Below are positions 46,725 through 56,576 of a DNA stretch of 64,000 bases, in pieces (positions within the stretch are counted from its first letter, which is position 1; the number at the start of each line of letters is the position of its first letter). This stretch comes from a virus (Duplodnaviria > Caudoviricetes), in IMG/VR virus record IMGVR_UViG_3300029288_000005, positions 29,024 to 93,023 of that record. One strand, given 5' to 3'. The notes below the pieces were generated by a model. It was not told the origin of the DNA and searched no databases. It was given only the letters and a program-made list of their open reading frames with translations. The translations under genes and the position numbers were made by a program.

Positions 46725-47105
46725 ATGCTCCCTACTTATAACATACCACCTATTGGACCCAGACAAGGAAAAATCTGGGGAAAGACTCAGTTGGTATTTG
46801 CACACAATTCAACTGAGACCCATATAATAGAAGCGAAGAGAGGTTTTAGGTGTAGCTGTCATAGTCATAGGTACAAGTGGAATCGTTTTGTTGTGATTTC
46901 TGGTAAACTTGAAGTGCGAGTATATCAGGATGACAAAGTAGTTGATGTTACCACTCTGGGACCATGGCAGGTGACAGATGTTCCCCCGGGAACCAGACAT
47001 GAGTTTGCTGCTGTGGAAGACACAACAGCAGTTGAACTTTACTGGGTTACACTTGATGCCCAAGACATTGATAGACATGGTACTATAGGAGGAAAAATAG
47101 AATGA
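46725..47105 (+). CDS. Cupin-domain protein (possible sugar isomerase)
   Basis: CSCHSHRYK..F.VISG, VPPGTRHEF. Confidence 0.8.
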   Translation: MLPTYNIPPIGPRQGKIWGKTQLVFAHNSTETHIIEAKRGFRCSCHSHRYKWNRFVVISGKLEVRVYQDDKVVDVTTLGPWQVTDVPPGTRHEFAAVEDTTAVELYWVTLDAQDIDRHGTIGGKIE

Positions 47106-47350
47106 ACACTAGGGAGGCCTTCCTCAAATTTTATAATTACGAAAAAGAAGTAAAAGAAGGACTACGAAAGATAGTAAGTACATCCCGTTTTGGGTTAAGT
47201 GCAGTGGTTGAAGTCTATGATCAAGTAAAAGACTTGAAATTGGTACAGGAAATAATCAAAACAGCGGATGAAAAAAACCTACCACCCATAAATGTCGTTT
47301 GTATGGGTTTAACTAGTGAGGAGAATAAATGTGAATGCCAAAGAAGCTAG
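47102..47350 (+). CDS. Hypothetical protein
   Basis: ATGA-coupled ORF. Confidence 0.55.
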   Translation: MNTREAFLKFYNYEKEVKEGLRKIVSTSRFGLSAVVEVYDQVKDLKLVQEIIKTADEKNLPPINVVCMGLTSEENKCECQRS

Positions 47351-47624
47351 AGAGATTACCATAAAGTGCTCAGAGCAACAGAGAAAAGAGCTTCAATTAC
47401 GGGCAAGAGAAATCTTAGCAGAAGCACAGAAAGAAATAGAGAAAGCAGCTGGAAAAGGTTTTTGTGCTACAACGTTAACAAATTGCTTTTTGATTGGAAC
47501 CTTTCCTTGTCAACAATTATCTGAGATGGTAATGGAGAAACTCAAAGAAGATGGTTTTATTTGTTGTCTCATGGAAGGGAATAATTCACTGGGCATTACT
47601 TGGTAATTTGAAAGGAGTAAATAG

Positions 47625-48191
47625 ATGCTATTTGACTATCAACCCAGTATACAGACACATACGGGCAGGATATTTCGACCTTTTGCTGATGAATGGTACG
47701 ATATCGACATACGTGACATTGCTCACTCACTATCCAACCTCTGTAGATTCAATGGTCATTGCAAGCAGTTCTACTCGATTGCACAACACTCTGTACTAGT
47801 GTCAAATCTGTTGGGGGATGGTAAAGAGTATTGTGATAAACAGTGCAAGCTACTGGCACAGTGGGGTTTGCTACATGATGCCCCAGAGGCTTACATGGGC
47901 GACATTCCCAGTCCCATAAAATCAGGAGAGCACCTGTTTCTGGAGTTGAGAATGCTGGAGGCAATTGGGCAGAAACTTGGTCTTCGTAAACTACGGGAGA
48001 TAGAGAAAAAGACAGTTTTAGTAGCTGATAAACAACTCCTAGCAACAGAAAAACGAGATCTGATGGAAGTAAACATACCATGGCCAGGACTAACAGGAAT
48101 CAAAGCACTTGGTTATACAATCGAACCTCTGCTATCTGATAGAGCCGAAGATTTGTTCTTGAAGCGCTATAGTGAGTTGTTTGGGGATTGA
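47625..48191 (+). CDS. HD-domain nucleotide phosphohydrolase (YfbR/DatZ-like)
   Basis: DIAHSLSNLCRFNGH, YSIAQHS, LLHDAPEAYMGD. Confidence 0.9.
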   Translation: MLFDYQPSIQTHTGRIFRPFADEWYDIDIRDIAHSLSNLCRFNGHCKQFYSIAQHSVLVSNLLGDGKEYCDKQCKLLAQWGLLHDAPEAYMGDIPSPIKSGEHLFLELRMLEAIGQKLGLRKLREIEKKTVLVADKQLLATEKRDLMEVNIPWPGLTGIKALGYTIEPLLSDRAEDLFLKRYSELFGD

Positions 48192-48193
48192 GC

Positions 48194-48973
48194 ATGCCTG
48201 TATTTACCGACTATACCCTTGTGTGCGGGGTGGATAGAAAACACCTAAACCAACTAAGGCTCACCTACCCAACATGGATCAAAACAAAGCCCTCATTATT
48301 GAAACAACCAATGCTGTTGTTCTATGATTGTAACCAGCTAACTCACTCTGAAGTTAGTCGCACCATCAACCACCCAGATATTACAATCACACCGTGGCCA
48401 CCTGCTGGTGTTACGTATGAAGGTGACAACAGCAAGTGGTATGATGCTCAAAGATATAAGATGCTGGCTGGATTTGTTCATATACCTGGTCAGCATGTAA
48501 AGACAAGTTACTGGTTGAAACTAGACACTGATGTAGTTGCCACTGGACAGGATGATTGGATAGATCCAAGTTGGTTTGATGACAGTCCTCTTATTGTATC
48601 ACACCCATGGTCGTTTACCAAGCCCGCCGACCAGATGATGATTCTGGATGAATGGTCTCGGAGGGATGAAGTTCTAAAAAACCACCCACCACTAAATCTG
48701 ATACCAAAACCTGGTGCGGATAGACTTGGACACAGGCGAATTATAAGTTGGTGTGCCTTTTTTGCCACTACCTTTACCGCCTTTTGTTCTGTTTGTACAG
48801 AAGACTCAAAACTGCCAGTGCCGTCGCAGGATGGCTATATGTGGTATTTAGCAACTCTATTGGGAGGTGTTGTAAAGAGGGTGCAAATGAAGACCAGAGG
48901 ATGGGAGCACTGGTGCACAGACAACAACATCAGATTGGCAGTAGAAAGAGTTATGGAACAGCAACGTGCATAG
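48194..48973 (+). CDS. GT-A fold glycosyltransferase
   Basis: YWLKLDTD (DxD), SQD motif. Confidence 0.65.
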   Translation: MPVFTDYTLVCGVDRKHLNQLRLTYPTWIKTKPSLLKQPMLLFYDCNQLTHSEVSRTINHPDITITPWPPAGVTYEGDNSKWYDAQRYKMLAGFVHIPGQHVKTSYWLKLDTDVVATGQDDWIDPSWFDDSPLIVSHPWSFTKPADQMMILDEWSRRDEVLKNHPPLNLIPKPGADRLGHRRIISWCAFFATTFTAFCSVCTEDSKLPVPSQDGYMWYLATLLGGVVKRVQMKTRGWEHWCTDNNIRLAVERVMEQQRA

Positions 48974-49634
48974 AAGTATTCTTGTACACATTCCCAGAAC
49001 TGGTGGTATGTCAGTTAGAACGTATATGGAGTCTAGGTATACTAGTTTTAACCTGGTATTCGAAAACAGAGACACTGTACTAACAATTCCCAAAGATGTG
49101 GAGTTTATTTCAACCAACCATGCAGCAATGAGAAAAGTTTTTGCTCGAGGTTTGATGAATAAAAGAGTATGGGACAACTCGTTCAAGTTCTGCTTCGTTC
49201 GAAATCCCTGGGATAGATTGGTTTCTGTTTACAAATACTACTGTGGTTTTCGTAGAAAGAAAAATTACAAGTCTAACTGTTTATTGGAAACATTTGATAT
49301 CTTTGTAAGTAGGGTTATCGGAAATGGTGAGTATTTAACAGGATTAAAAGTCAGGAATTCCCAACCCCACTTTAATCATGCTCTTCCCCAGACAAGTTGG
49401 ATAGAGGAAGGCGTAAACTACATTGGCAGATTCGAAAGGCTGGGAGAGGACTGGAAAGAGGTTTGTGATTTGATGTGTATAAAGTACGAGCCTTTGCCCG
49501 TAGTAAACAGATCGCAACATTTCCATTATAGCAGATACTATACAGCAGAATCTAAGAGGGTGGTTTCAAAGTTTTACGAGCAGGAAATTGAATTGTTTAA
49601 GTACAGATTTGAGGATAGTAGAAATGGCAAGTAA
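48966..49634 (+). CDS. Sulfotransferase (family 2)
   Basis: HIPRTGGMS (5'-PSB loop), FVRNPWDRLVSVY (3'-PB), IGRFERL. Confidence 0.9.
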   Translation: MHRSILVHIPRTGGMSVRTYMESRYTSFNLVFENRDTVLTIPKDVEFISTNHAAMRKVFARGLMNKRVWDNSFKFCFVRNPWDRLVSVYKYYCGFRRKKNYKSNCLLETFDIFVSRVIGNGEYLTGLKVRNSQPHFNHALPQTSWIEEGVNYIGRFERLGEDWKEVCDLMCIKYEPLPVVNRSQHFHYSRYYTAESKRVVSKFYEQEIELFKYRFEDSRNGK

Positions 49635-50364
49635 GTTCCTACGTAGATCGGGAATAGCTGTTGGTCTGATGATGGAGCAACTCAACTGGGTACCCGAACT
49701 AGTTGTGCAAGTGGGCATTGGTTTCTTCCATGAAGAGGTGTATGCCCTGCGTGACGAGTTTGAAATTATCTTGGGTGAAAAGTCCCGTTTGATGAAGCGG
49801 GAGTGGCCAAACACCACATTCTTGGGTTTTGAAGCACACCCAGATTCTGCTAAGAAAATCAAGGACTATCCAGGAGAGATTCGAAACAAGGCCATAAGCG
49901 ACAGAAGTGGAACTGTCAAGTTGTTCTCAAAAAGACGACACAAGGACGGATCATCATTGGAAATCTTTAATGCGGACATAGAGGATGTCCAGGAACTTGA
50001 AGTGGCTTGTAGTACGTTGGACAAAGAGGTAGAGTATGAGGGTAACAATGCTCTACTGTGGTTGGACTGTGAAGGCTCCGAATTGAAAGCCATGCAAGGA
50101 GGTTTGGATTTCCTCAAGCGGGTCAAGGTGATAAATATAGAGATGACACCCAACCCACCTTCTTCATGCTGGCCTTCTACAGTGGACTTGCATGAGTTTA
50201 TCTCGCAGCAAGGTTTCTATCGTCAGTGGATTCACACTTTACGAAATGGCCAGTATGACGCAATATACGTTAGACCAGATATATTCAAGGCCTCTTGCTG
50301 TTGTTGTCCTTATACTATTTTGGAATTCATGGGTGTTAAGAAAGGATATTTTGATGCGAAGTGA
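49624..50364 (+). CDS. FkbM-family methyltransferase
   Basis: VVQVGIG, GFEAHP, TLD, LWLDCEGSELKAMQG. Confidence 0.85.
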   Translation: MASKFLRRSGIAVGLMMEQLNWVPELVVQVGIGFFHEEVYALRDEFEIILGEKSRLMKREWPNTTFLGFEAHPDSAKKIKDYPGEIRNKAISDRSGTVKLFSKRRHKDGSSLEIFNADIEDVQELEVACSTLDKEVEYEGNNALLWLDCEGSELKAMQGGLDFLKRVKVINIEMTPNPPSSCWPSTVDLHEFISQQGFYRQWIHTLRNGQYDAIYVRPDIFKASCCCCPYTILEFMGVKKGYFDAK

Positions 50365-51265
50365 AAGAATTTTCTACTTGATGTCAGGTGCTGCACACCT
50401 TCCTTACTTGGTTTGTTCACTCTATACACTACGTGACCACTACGATGGTCCTGTATTTGTGTATGCTTGGTCTGAGTCGATCGATATTGTGGAAGAGATT
50501 GCAAAAGATCCAAGATTAAGAATTGAACCTCGTTATAGAGAACCTGCCCATAAGTCCAAGAATGCCCAATTTATGGACAAGATCCAGTTAGCACAAGATC
50601 AACAAGGAGCTGTGGATAAAGTTCTCTACTTAGATGCTGATACAACGATACACGGAAAACTTGACAAGTTGTTTGTTGCTGCTAAGAAGAAGGGTTTTGT
50701 GGCAACGCAGTTCTGTGATTGGAAAAGCAATCAGGGCATTCCTTCCAAGAGGATTGACAAGCTCAAGCAGTACCCAGAGATAAACCAGCAGGCGGTGGAC
50801 AGTTGTCTCAACAGCCCTTGGCCTAGTGTGAATGGTGGGGTCTGGGCGGCTAGGACGAATACAGCAATCTTACCATTCTGGTACAAATATACGAAGATAG
50901 CACAGAATGAGTTTATTGCAGATGAAGTTGTTTTACACACTCTGCTGCCTATTTTCTACTCTGCTGATGATTTAGTAGACAAAGATGGTCTAACTGTGAT
51001 AGAGGAGAAGGGCCGTTTCAATAATAGTGCCATAAAGAAGTTCCAGTGTAAGGATTTACGGGACGAAGACGTTGTGGTTATGCACTACCATGGAGACAGC
51101 AATGTACGTCCTGATAAGAGTGTGCGTGGATTTGAACTCTGGTGGCCACTGTTTCAGCATTGTGTGGAAGCAAACGTTGGTCGTATTGCTAACTGGATTG
51201 ATAAGATTGATAACAATTGGATGAAAAAAGTCCAACAGAACTTGGAAAAGGAGATTGAAAAATGA
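50354..51265 (+). CDS. GT8-like glycosyltransferase
   Basis: VLYLDADT, VNGGVW, ADEVVL, MHYHG. Confidence 0.8.
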   Translation: MRSERIFYLMSGAAHLPYLVCSLYTLRDHYDGPVFVYAWSESIDIVEEIAKDPRLRIEPRYREPAHKSKNAQFMDKIQLAQDQQGAVDKVLYLDADTTIHGKLDKLFVAAKKKGFVATQFCDWKSNQGIPSKRIDKLKQYPEINQQAVDSCLNSPWPSVNGGVWAARTNTAILPFWYKYTKIAQNEFIADEVVLHTLLPIFYSADDLVDKDGLTVIEEKGRFNNSAIKKFQCKDLRDEDVVVMHYHGDSNVRPDKSVRGFELWWPLFQHCVEANVGRIANWIDKIDNNWMKKVQQNLEKEIEK

Positions 51266-51921
51266 GAGAAAAAGATATCAAAAACAGAGAGAAATACCAA
51301 TTTACTCGAAACTGGTTCCTTAACAGGAACCTGGATACTTTTAGGAACTTTGTACTTCCTACATGGGAAAACAAACCAATTACTTACTTAGAAATTGGTG
51401 TGTTTGAAGGCATGTCCTTAACCTGGATGTTACAGTATGTACTTACACATCCAGATGCACGGGCGGTAGGTATTGATCCATGGTTGGTTACCACCAAACT
51501 CTCTGGGGATATTATGGAACAGGTCATGTCTAGGGCTTTATACAACGTAAGTACAGCTGGAAAAGCATGGGCCAGCCTGCCTGGAATAGAACATGTTGTC
51601 TACAAGGGTTCTCTGGTACGTGGCAACAGTGCTGAGGTATTGCGAATTATGAACTCCCGGGGTTTGTTGGGAATATCAAGAAACTCAGTAGACCTCTGTA
51701 TGATTGACGGAAACCACAACGACTATGCTGCATATGACGATGCTGAGCAATGTCTGCCATTGGTTAAACCTGGCGGATGGTTGTTGTTTGATGACGTGGA
51801 AAATCAGGTAACAAAGAAAAGACACGTCAAGCAGGGATTGGAAATGTTCGTCAAGGACTATAGGGACAAGGTCAATTTTATCTGGAAAGACAGATACATG
51901 GAGTGCTTTGAAGTACTATGA
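51262..51921 (+). CDS. Class I SAM methyltransferase (Methyltransf_24-like)
   Basis: YLEIGVFEG, IDPW, IDGNH, LVKPGGWLLFDD. Confidence 0.88.
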   Translation: MREKDIKNREKYQFTRNWFLNRNLDTFRNFVLPTWENKPITYLEIGVFEGMSLTWMLQYVLTHPDARAVGIDPWLVTTKLSGDIMEQVMSRALYNVSTAGKAWASLPGIEHVVYKGSLVRGNSAEVLRIMNSRGLLGISRNSVDLCMIDGNHNDYAAYDDAEQCLPLVKPGGWLLFDDVENQVTKKRHVKQGLEMFVKDYRDKVNFIWKDRYMECFEVL

Positions 51922-52985
51922 GTAGACGTGAGAAAACAAACTTACTAGTAGGTGATTTGATACAGAAGATAAACAGAAGATACCTGGTAGGCTGTGAAGT
52001 GGGGGTTTGCGAAGGTTGTCTTTCTTCTTACTTATTACAACGATTTCCCAAGTTGTTTCTCTATATGGTCGATTCCTATGAGGATAAGAATATCTGGGGA
52101 CGAGTGACCGCTGAGAAAGCCATACACACAGCGTACAAATCCACTTGTGCGTTTGTCAATCGTCGCTCAATAGTGGTATCACGGTCAGAACAGGCTGTAC
52201 AGAACATAGCAGACCAATCATTGGATTTTGTTTACATAGATGCAGATCATACTTACAAGCAAGTAAAGAATGATCTTTACTTATGGATGCCCAAAGTCAA
52301 GGATGGTGGCATTCTAATGGGGCATGACTACGACAGCCGAATGGAAAAGAAAGGTTTGTATATGGGTGTGAAGCGGGCAGTGGATGAATTCGCAAAACAC
52401 AATGGACTTTTAGTGCAGTCTGCTGGTATGTTGATCTGGTGTTGTTCAATTTACAACAAAACCGGTAGTTATGAGTCCTTGGCTTCCCAACTGCGGTCTT
52501 TTCGCTTTGACGAGAAGAAATACAAAGCTATAACATCTATAATAGGTGTAGAAGAGCCAATAATAGACCTGGGTGCGGGCATAGGCAAGTACGTAGCCAA
52601 GTTACGGTCGGATGGATGGTCTTGTGTAAACGGTATTGATGGTGCTGCTGACGTAGAGGAATTTACCAATGGCTTGATTAAACGACTCGACCTGACAACT
52701 CCAAACCTAAAAAACAAACTCAGAAAAGAATACGATTGGGCACTGTTTTTTGAAGTTGGGGAACACATATCTAGAAAGTATGAGCAAGTGCTGATTGACA
52801 ACGTTTGCTCAATTCCTCGTAAGGGAATTATCATGTCCTGGGGACTTCCCGGACAAAAGGGTTACAGGCATGTCAACTGCCAAAGCAGAAGTTATATAAT
52901 AAGACAGTTTCAAGCAAGGGGTTTTGCTCAAATTGAAATCAACACCGAGAGTAAAAACATTCTGGTGTTTAGGAGAAAACCATGA
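51918..52985 (+). CDS. Tandem double methyltransferase
   Basis: EVGVCEG...DFVYIDADH...GGILMGHDY, then IDLGAGIG...EVGEHI...GQKGYRHVNCQ. Confidence 0.85.
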   Translation: MSRREKTNLLVGDLIQKINRRYLVGCEVGVCEGCLSSYLLQRFPKLFLYMVDSYEDKNIWGRVTAEKAIHTAYKSTCAFVNRRSIVVSRSEQAVQNIADQSLDFVYIDADHTYKQVKNDLYLWMPKVKDGGILMGHDYDSRMEKKGLYMGVKRAVDEFAKHNGLLVQSAGMLIWCCSIYNKTGSYESLASQLRSFRFDEKKYKAITSIIGVEEPIIDLGAGIGKYVAKLRSDGWSCVNGIDGAADVEEFTNGLIKRLDLTTPNLKNKLRKEYDWALFFEVGEHISRKYEQVLIDNVCSIPRKGIIMSWGLPGQKGYRHVNCQSRSYIIRQFQARGFAQIEINTESKNILVFRRKP

Positions 52986-53470
52986 TTGACGTTGGGCCTT
53001 TTCAATTTGGTTGCTGCCCCTATACCAATACTGATTGGTATCTAGGTGCTCTAAGAATGGCAGGATTCGAATTTCCAGCAACAGTTACTGAAGAAGTTCC
53101 CAAACCAGAAGCTATTCCCGGTAAGTTGAAAGTGACTCTGATAAGCAACCCATTTAGAATGGCCTATCTATATTGGACACAGAACACATGCCAAGAGTAT
53201 TTTCGTTTTGTAGATTTTCTCGAGTGGTTGCCTGACAAAAAACCGGGTCTCTTTACAAGTATGGTCAATACTTTTCAAGCGGATGTTGTTCATCGAAGTG
53301 AAGATTGCCCATGGTGTCTCCTGGAGTTGTTGGCCTCTTTTGATATAAGACTAAACCTGGCAAGGTGTCTAAAAGGGCCTGTTGTGGTATTGCCCAGTCT
53401 TCCTGAGTGGGTTAAGAACAAGTTTAAGATGAGTGAGAAGGAGTTATTTGATAGATATGATTACTGGTAA
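52982..53470 (+). CDS. Degenerate sulfotransferase-like protein
   Basis: Weak echoes (PYTNTDW, ISNPF, RSED, ELFDRYDY) of the neighbouring sulfotransferases. Confidence 0.35.
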   Translation: MIDVGPFQFGCCPYTNTDWYLGALRMAGFEFPATVTEEVPKPEAIPGKLKVTLISNPFRMAYLYWTQNTCQEYFRFVDFLEWLPDKKPGLFTSMVNTFQADVVHRSEDCPWCLLELLASFDIRLNLARCLKGPVVVLPSLPEWVKNKFKMSEKELFDRYDYW

Positions 53471-54215
53471 GGTGGAGTTTGTTACTCACTGCTATGCAAC
53501 AAAATTGACCCACTTCGCAACTGCCCTATACTTGCAGTTGTCGTCGTTGGCTAATGCCGCGAATACGAGCAACAACAACATTAAGGTAACAGTATTCTAC
53601 AACCAAGAAGATTTACAAACAGCACACGTATTAAATCTGTTTGAGGATGACAAACGGCGAAAGAATCTAGAGTTGGTCAAGCAACATCTACCAGTAGATC
53701 AATTGGGCAGGCGTTCGATAGGTAGAAACATGGCTGCTAAGAACACTGATGCAGATATTGTGTGGTTCGCCGATGTTGACTATTGGTTTGGGGCTACTGT
53801 GACCAATGATCTACTGTCAATAGAGTGGAACAACAACACCACCATGGTATTTCCCGGAAAAATACAAATAAGTAAAAGCCATGAAGTGGGCGATAAGACC
53901 CTAAAATACTACTCCAGTATACTCACACCAGATCCATTGAACCGCCCCCCATTCACTCCACATATGCAAGTGAGGGATTACGACGAGAAGATTTATTACA
54001 AAGCAATTGGGGGTGTACAAATAGTCAGAGGTGATTTTGCTCGGGAGCATGGTTATGTTCCAAACAGTAAATGGCAGAAACCAGTGAAAATACCGTTTGG
54101 TGACTTCAGGGATGACATAGCATATAGAAGTTTCTGCCGCTCAGTGGGAACCATTTTACCGGTGGATTTAGATGGTGTTTTTAGAATAAGACACTCGGAG
54201 ACAAGTTATCAATAA
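53457..54215 (+). CDS. GT2-like glycosyltransferase
   Basis: RSIGRNMAAKNTDADIVWFADVD. Confidence 0.8.
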   Translation: MITGKVEFVTHCYATKLTHFATALYLQLSSLANAANTSNNNIKVTVFYNQEDLQTAHVLNLFEDDKRRKNLELVKQHLPVDQLGRRSIGRNMAAKNTDADIVWFADVDYWFGATVTNDLLSIEWNNNTTMVFPGKIQISKSHEVGDKTLKYYSSILTPDPLNRPPFTPHMQVRDYDEKIYYKAIGGVQIVRGDFAREHGYVPNSKWQKPVKIPFGDFRDDIAYRSFCRSVGTILPVDLDGVFRIRHSETSYQ

Positions 54216-54895
54216 TGGTGCGATTCCTTGTAGAGAAAAAAGCGTTGATGCTGCACATACCCAGGACTGGTGGCACCTGGTTTGAGAGGGCGTTGGATAA
54301 GACTGAAATACGGAGCAGTAGGTGGGTAAAAAAACAACCTGAGTTCTATCCAAAGAAACACTGTCTGTTATCCCACATGAGCAGAAAGGACATGGCCAAG
54401 GTTAACTTTGTCTTTGCCTTTGTTCGACATCCAATTGCATATTACGAGTCGGTGTGGAAGTGGATGAGTCGAAAGAATTACTCCCGATTGATAAGGAAGC
54501 GTTGGAGATGGCATCCCCACAGAACCGCTGTTATGCAGTATAGGCGGGCCAGTGGTTTTAACGACTGGGTGTGCAGAATGTTGAAAAACAGACCATGTTG
54601 GTATACTAGGTTGGTAGAACAATATGTGGGTCCAGAGGGGGGTGAATTCTGTGATTTCATTGGAAGAACAGAGACTCTAATTGAAGACTTTATGCTCCTA
54701 CTAAATGAGTTGGGTTATAATGAGCAAGTGCCCCCAGAGAATGAGCTCAGGTGTATGGAGAGGCACAACTCAATTGACATGCGAATTGTCTGGGACAGAA
54801 AATTACAGGCACAAGTGCTACAACAAGAAGTGTTAGTCTTGAACAGATTCTATGAAGGTACAAACTTAGAGCGCAGGTGGTACAACAATGTATAG
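54215..54895 (+). CDS. Sulfotransferase (family 2)
   Basis: LHIPRTGGTW, FVRHPIAYYES, IGRTETL. Confidence 0.88.
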   Translation: MVRFLVEKKALMLHIPRTGGTWFERALDKTEIRSSRWVKKQPEFYPKKHCLLSHMSRKDMAKVNFVFAFVRHPIAYYESVWKWMSRKNYSRLIRKRWRWHPHRTAVMQYRRASGFNDWVCRMLKNRPCWYTRLVEQYVGPEGGEFCDFIGRTETLIEDFMLLLNELGYNEQVPPENELRCMERHNSIDMRIVWDRKLQAQVLQQEVLVLNRFYEGTNLERRWYNNV

Positions 54896-55145
54896 GTTAC
54901 ACTCAATTCTTCTCAATTTTGAGGACTTCAAGAAACACTTTGGGCCAAGACTAGCCGCTGCTCGAAAAAATCGTGGATTTACACAAGAGGTGTTAGCCAA
55001 CAAATTGCATACTACACAAGAAACAATCTCATTCTATGAAACAGGAAAGTTATTGCCCGGTCGCAAAACCCTTGATCGAATAGCTTCTGTGTTGCAAATC
55101 GATCGTTTCTACTTCGAATCCGTTCAAACCACTAAGTGGTTCTAA
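54888..55145 (+). CDS. XRE-family HTH regulator
   Basis: RLAAARKNRGFTQEVLA...ISFYETGK. Confidence 0.9.
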   Translation: MYRLHSILLNFEDFKKHFGPRLAAARKNRGFTQEVLANKLHTTQETISFYETGKLLPGRKTLDRIASVLQIDRFYFESVQTTKWF

Positions 55146-55195
55146 AAATACTTCGAAAAGTTTCGTGTTTTCCTACTAGTTTCACATTTTCCCTA

Positions 55196-55223
55196 TTGAC
55201 AATATAGACAAAAACCCTATAAT
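55196..55223 (+). promoter_or_regulatory. sigma70 consensus promoter (early)
   Basis: TTGACA-16 bp-TATAAT, with AT-rich upstream sequence. Confidence 0.75.
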
Positions 55224-55472
55224 ATAATGTAGGGCAGGGGGAAATGGACCTAATAAGGAAACAAAATATCTGAAAGCGGCCATTGCAGTCTGGCCAAGAG
55301 TCAAAAACAGGTAGCATAACGCCCCTCAAAACAAGTCCTGTCACTCCCGTAGGCCAGTGAGTGATAGATTGGTTAGTCACCGTCCAAACACGTCTTCTCT
55401 TGCTATTGTAGCTTGAGAGGATGTGCCTGCATGGTGCAGAAAACAAACAATACTAAACAAGGAGAACTGAGA

Positions 55473-55826
55473 ATGATCGTCAAAATTGAAAACCATACTA
55501 ATTCTGGCAGACGTTCTGGTTGGACCAAACTGGTCACTGGGTGTGATCTGTCGAAGTCAAATGGGTTTGCTTTCGAAGGAAGATTTCTAAACGATGGCGA
55601 ACAAGAACTACAACCAGGTGATATACTGGTGCAGAAGAATCCAGAAGGAAGTGTGAAGAACCCCTGGAGTTCTGGTGTTTGCTTACGTGTATCAGATACA
55701 GGTGAGTTGATTAGAGTACAAGAAAGCACCTTTGTTTGGGAGAGGGAATTCTTGTCGTTTCGTAACTTAGTGGCTGCTGAATTACAGAAACAGAATCTAC
55801 GACGAAGAAATTGTCGAGGAGTTTAA
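55473..55826 (+). CDS. Hypothetical early protein
   Basis: AAGGAG RBS; SNGFAFEGRFL. Confidence 0.7.
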   Translation: MIVKIENHTNSGRRSGWTKLVTGCDLSKSNGFAFEGRFLNDGEQELQPGDILVQKNPEGSVKNPWSSGVCLRVSDTGELIRVQESTFVWEREFLSFRNLVAAELQKQNLRRRNCRGV

Positions 55827-55890
55827 GCGTAGGGGCTTACGTTAGTTTTACTGTTTTACTGTTCAATTGATTCCAGAAAGGAACTATACA

Positions 55891-56508
55891 ATGAACGCTT
55901 TAGATGTTATTCAGTTACCCATCAGTCGTGCCGATGTTTGTAAGCTACTCAGTAGTAGCTTTGTTCTCACTCCCCGGCAAGTATCCAAGATACGGGCCTC
56001 TATCAGATATGGGAAGTATCATGCAATGTTGGAGGAGTTGCGTGGTTTTCAGTGGAAGGGAGAGCAATTCACACTCAATCGGATGATGGATGAGAGGGAT
56101 ACTTATTTGCAGGAGAATCTGCTACGACAGATAGTCGGCCGTGCTTACTACGAATGGAGGGGGTTGGTGGACCTGGAGAGATCAACCAGCTTCGTTCTAG
56201 AAGGTGAGGTCACAGAGGAGATACTCAGTGTTTGGGATGTTGCCAAGAGGATGGATTGGTTGAAGATGTTTGCCTTGGAGAAGGCCGTTGCTGAGAAGGC
56301 AACAGATTTAAGAATCGCGATTCTTAACTACCAGTCCTACACAGGGAAGACATATTGGCTCCCCGATGAGTGGAAACATTACAACTCTATCGTGGGTAAG
56401 TCCACTGGGGGCACAGCAAAGAAGTCCAAGCACAAGAAAGGCAGTGATGATCTTGTGGGCCACCACAAGCCTTCCAAGCAACAGCTTTTGGAAGCGGCCA
56501 GCAAGTAA
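55891..56508 (+). CDS. Hypothetical early protein
   Basis: AAAGGA RBS. Confidence 0.65.
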   Translation: MNALDVIQLPISRADVCKLLSSSFVLTPRQVSKIRASIRYGKYHAMLEELRGFQWKGEQFTLNRMMDERDTYLQENLLRQIVGRAYYEWRGLVDLERSTSFVLEGEVTEEILSVWDVAKRMDWLKMFALEKAVAEKATDLRIAILNYQSYTGKTYWLPDEWKHYNSIVGKSTGGTAKKSKHKKGSDDLVGHHKPSKQQLLEAASK

Positions 56509-56519
56509 ACACCAAACGT

Positions 56520-56554
56520 TCCAAGCTTCTGGGTATGGTGCTCAGAAGCTTGGA
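56520..56554 (+). terminator. Intergenic stem-loop
   Basis: 16-bp stem tccaagcttctgggta/tgctcagaagcttgga with two G-U pairs. Confidence 0.55.
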
Positions 56555-56576
56555 CATCTTTCAAAGGAGAAATAAA

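Noticed and set aside
47625-48191. Evidence for a Z-base (2-aminoadenine) genome
   Set aside because: The HD hydrolase alone is insufficient; purZ is not seen in the window.
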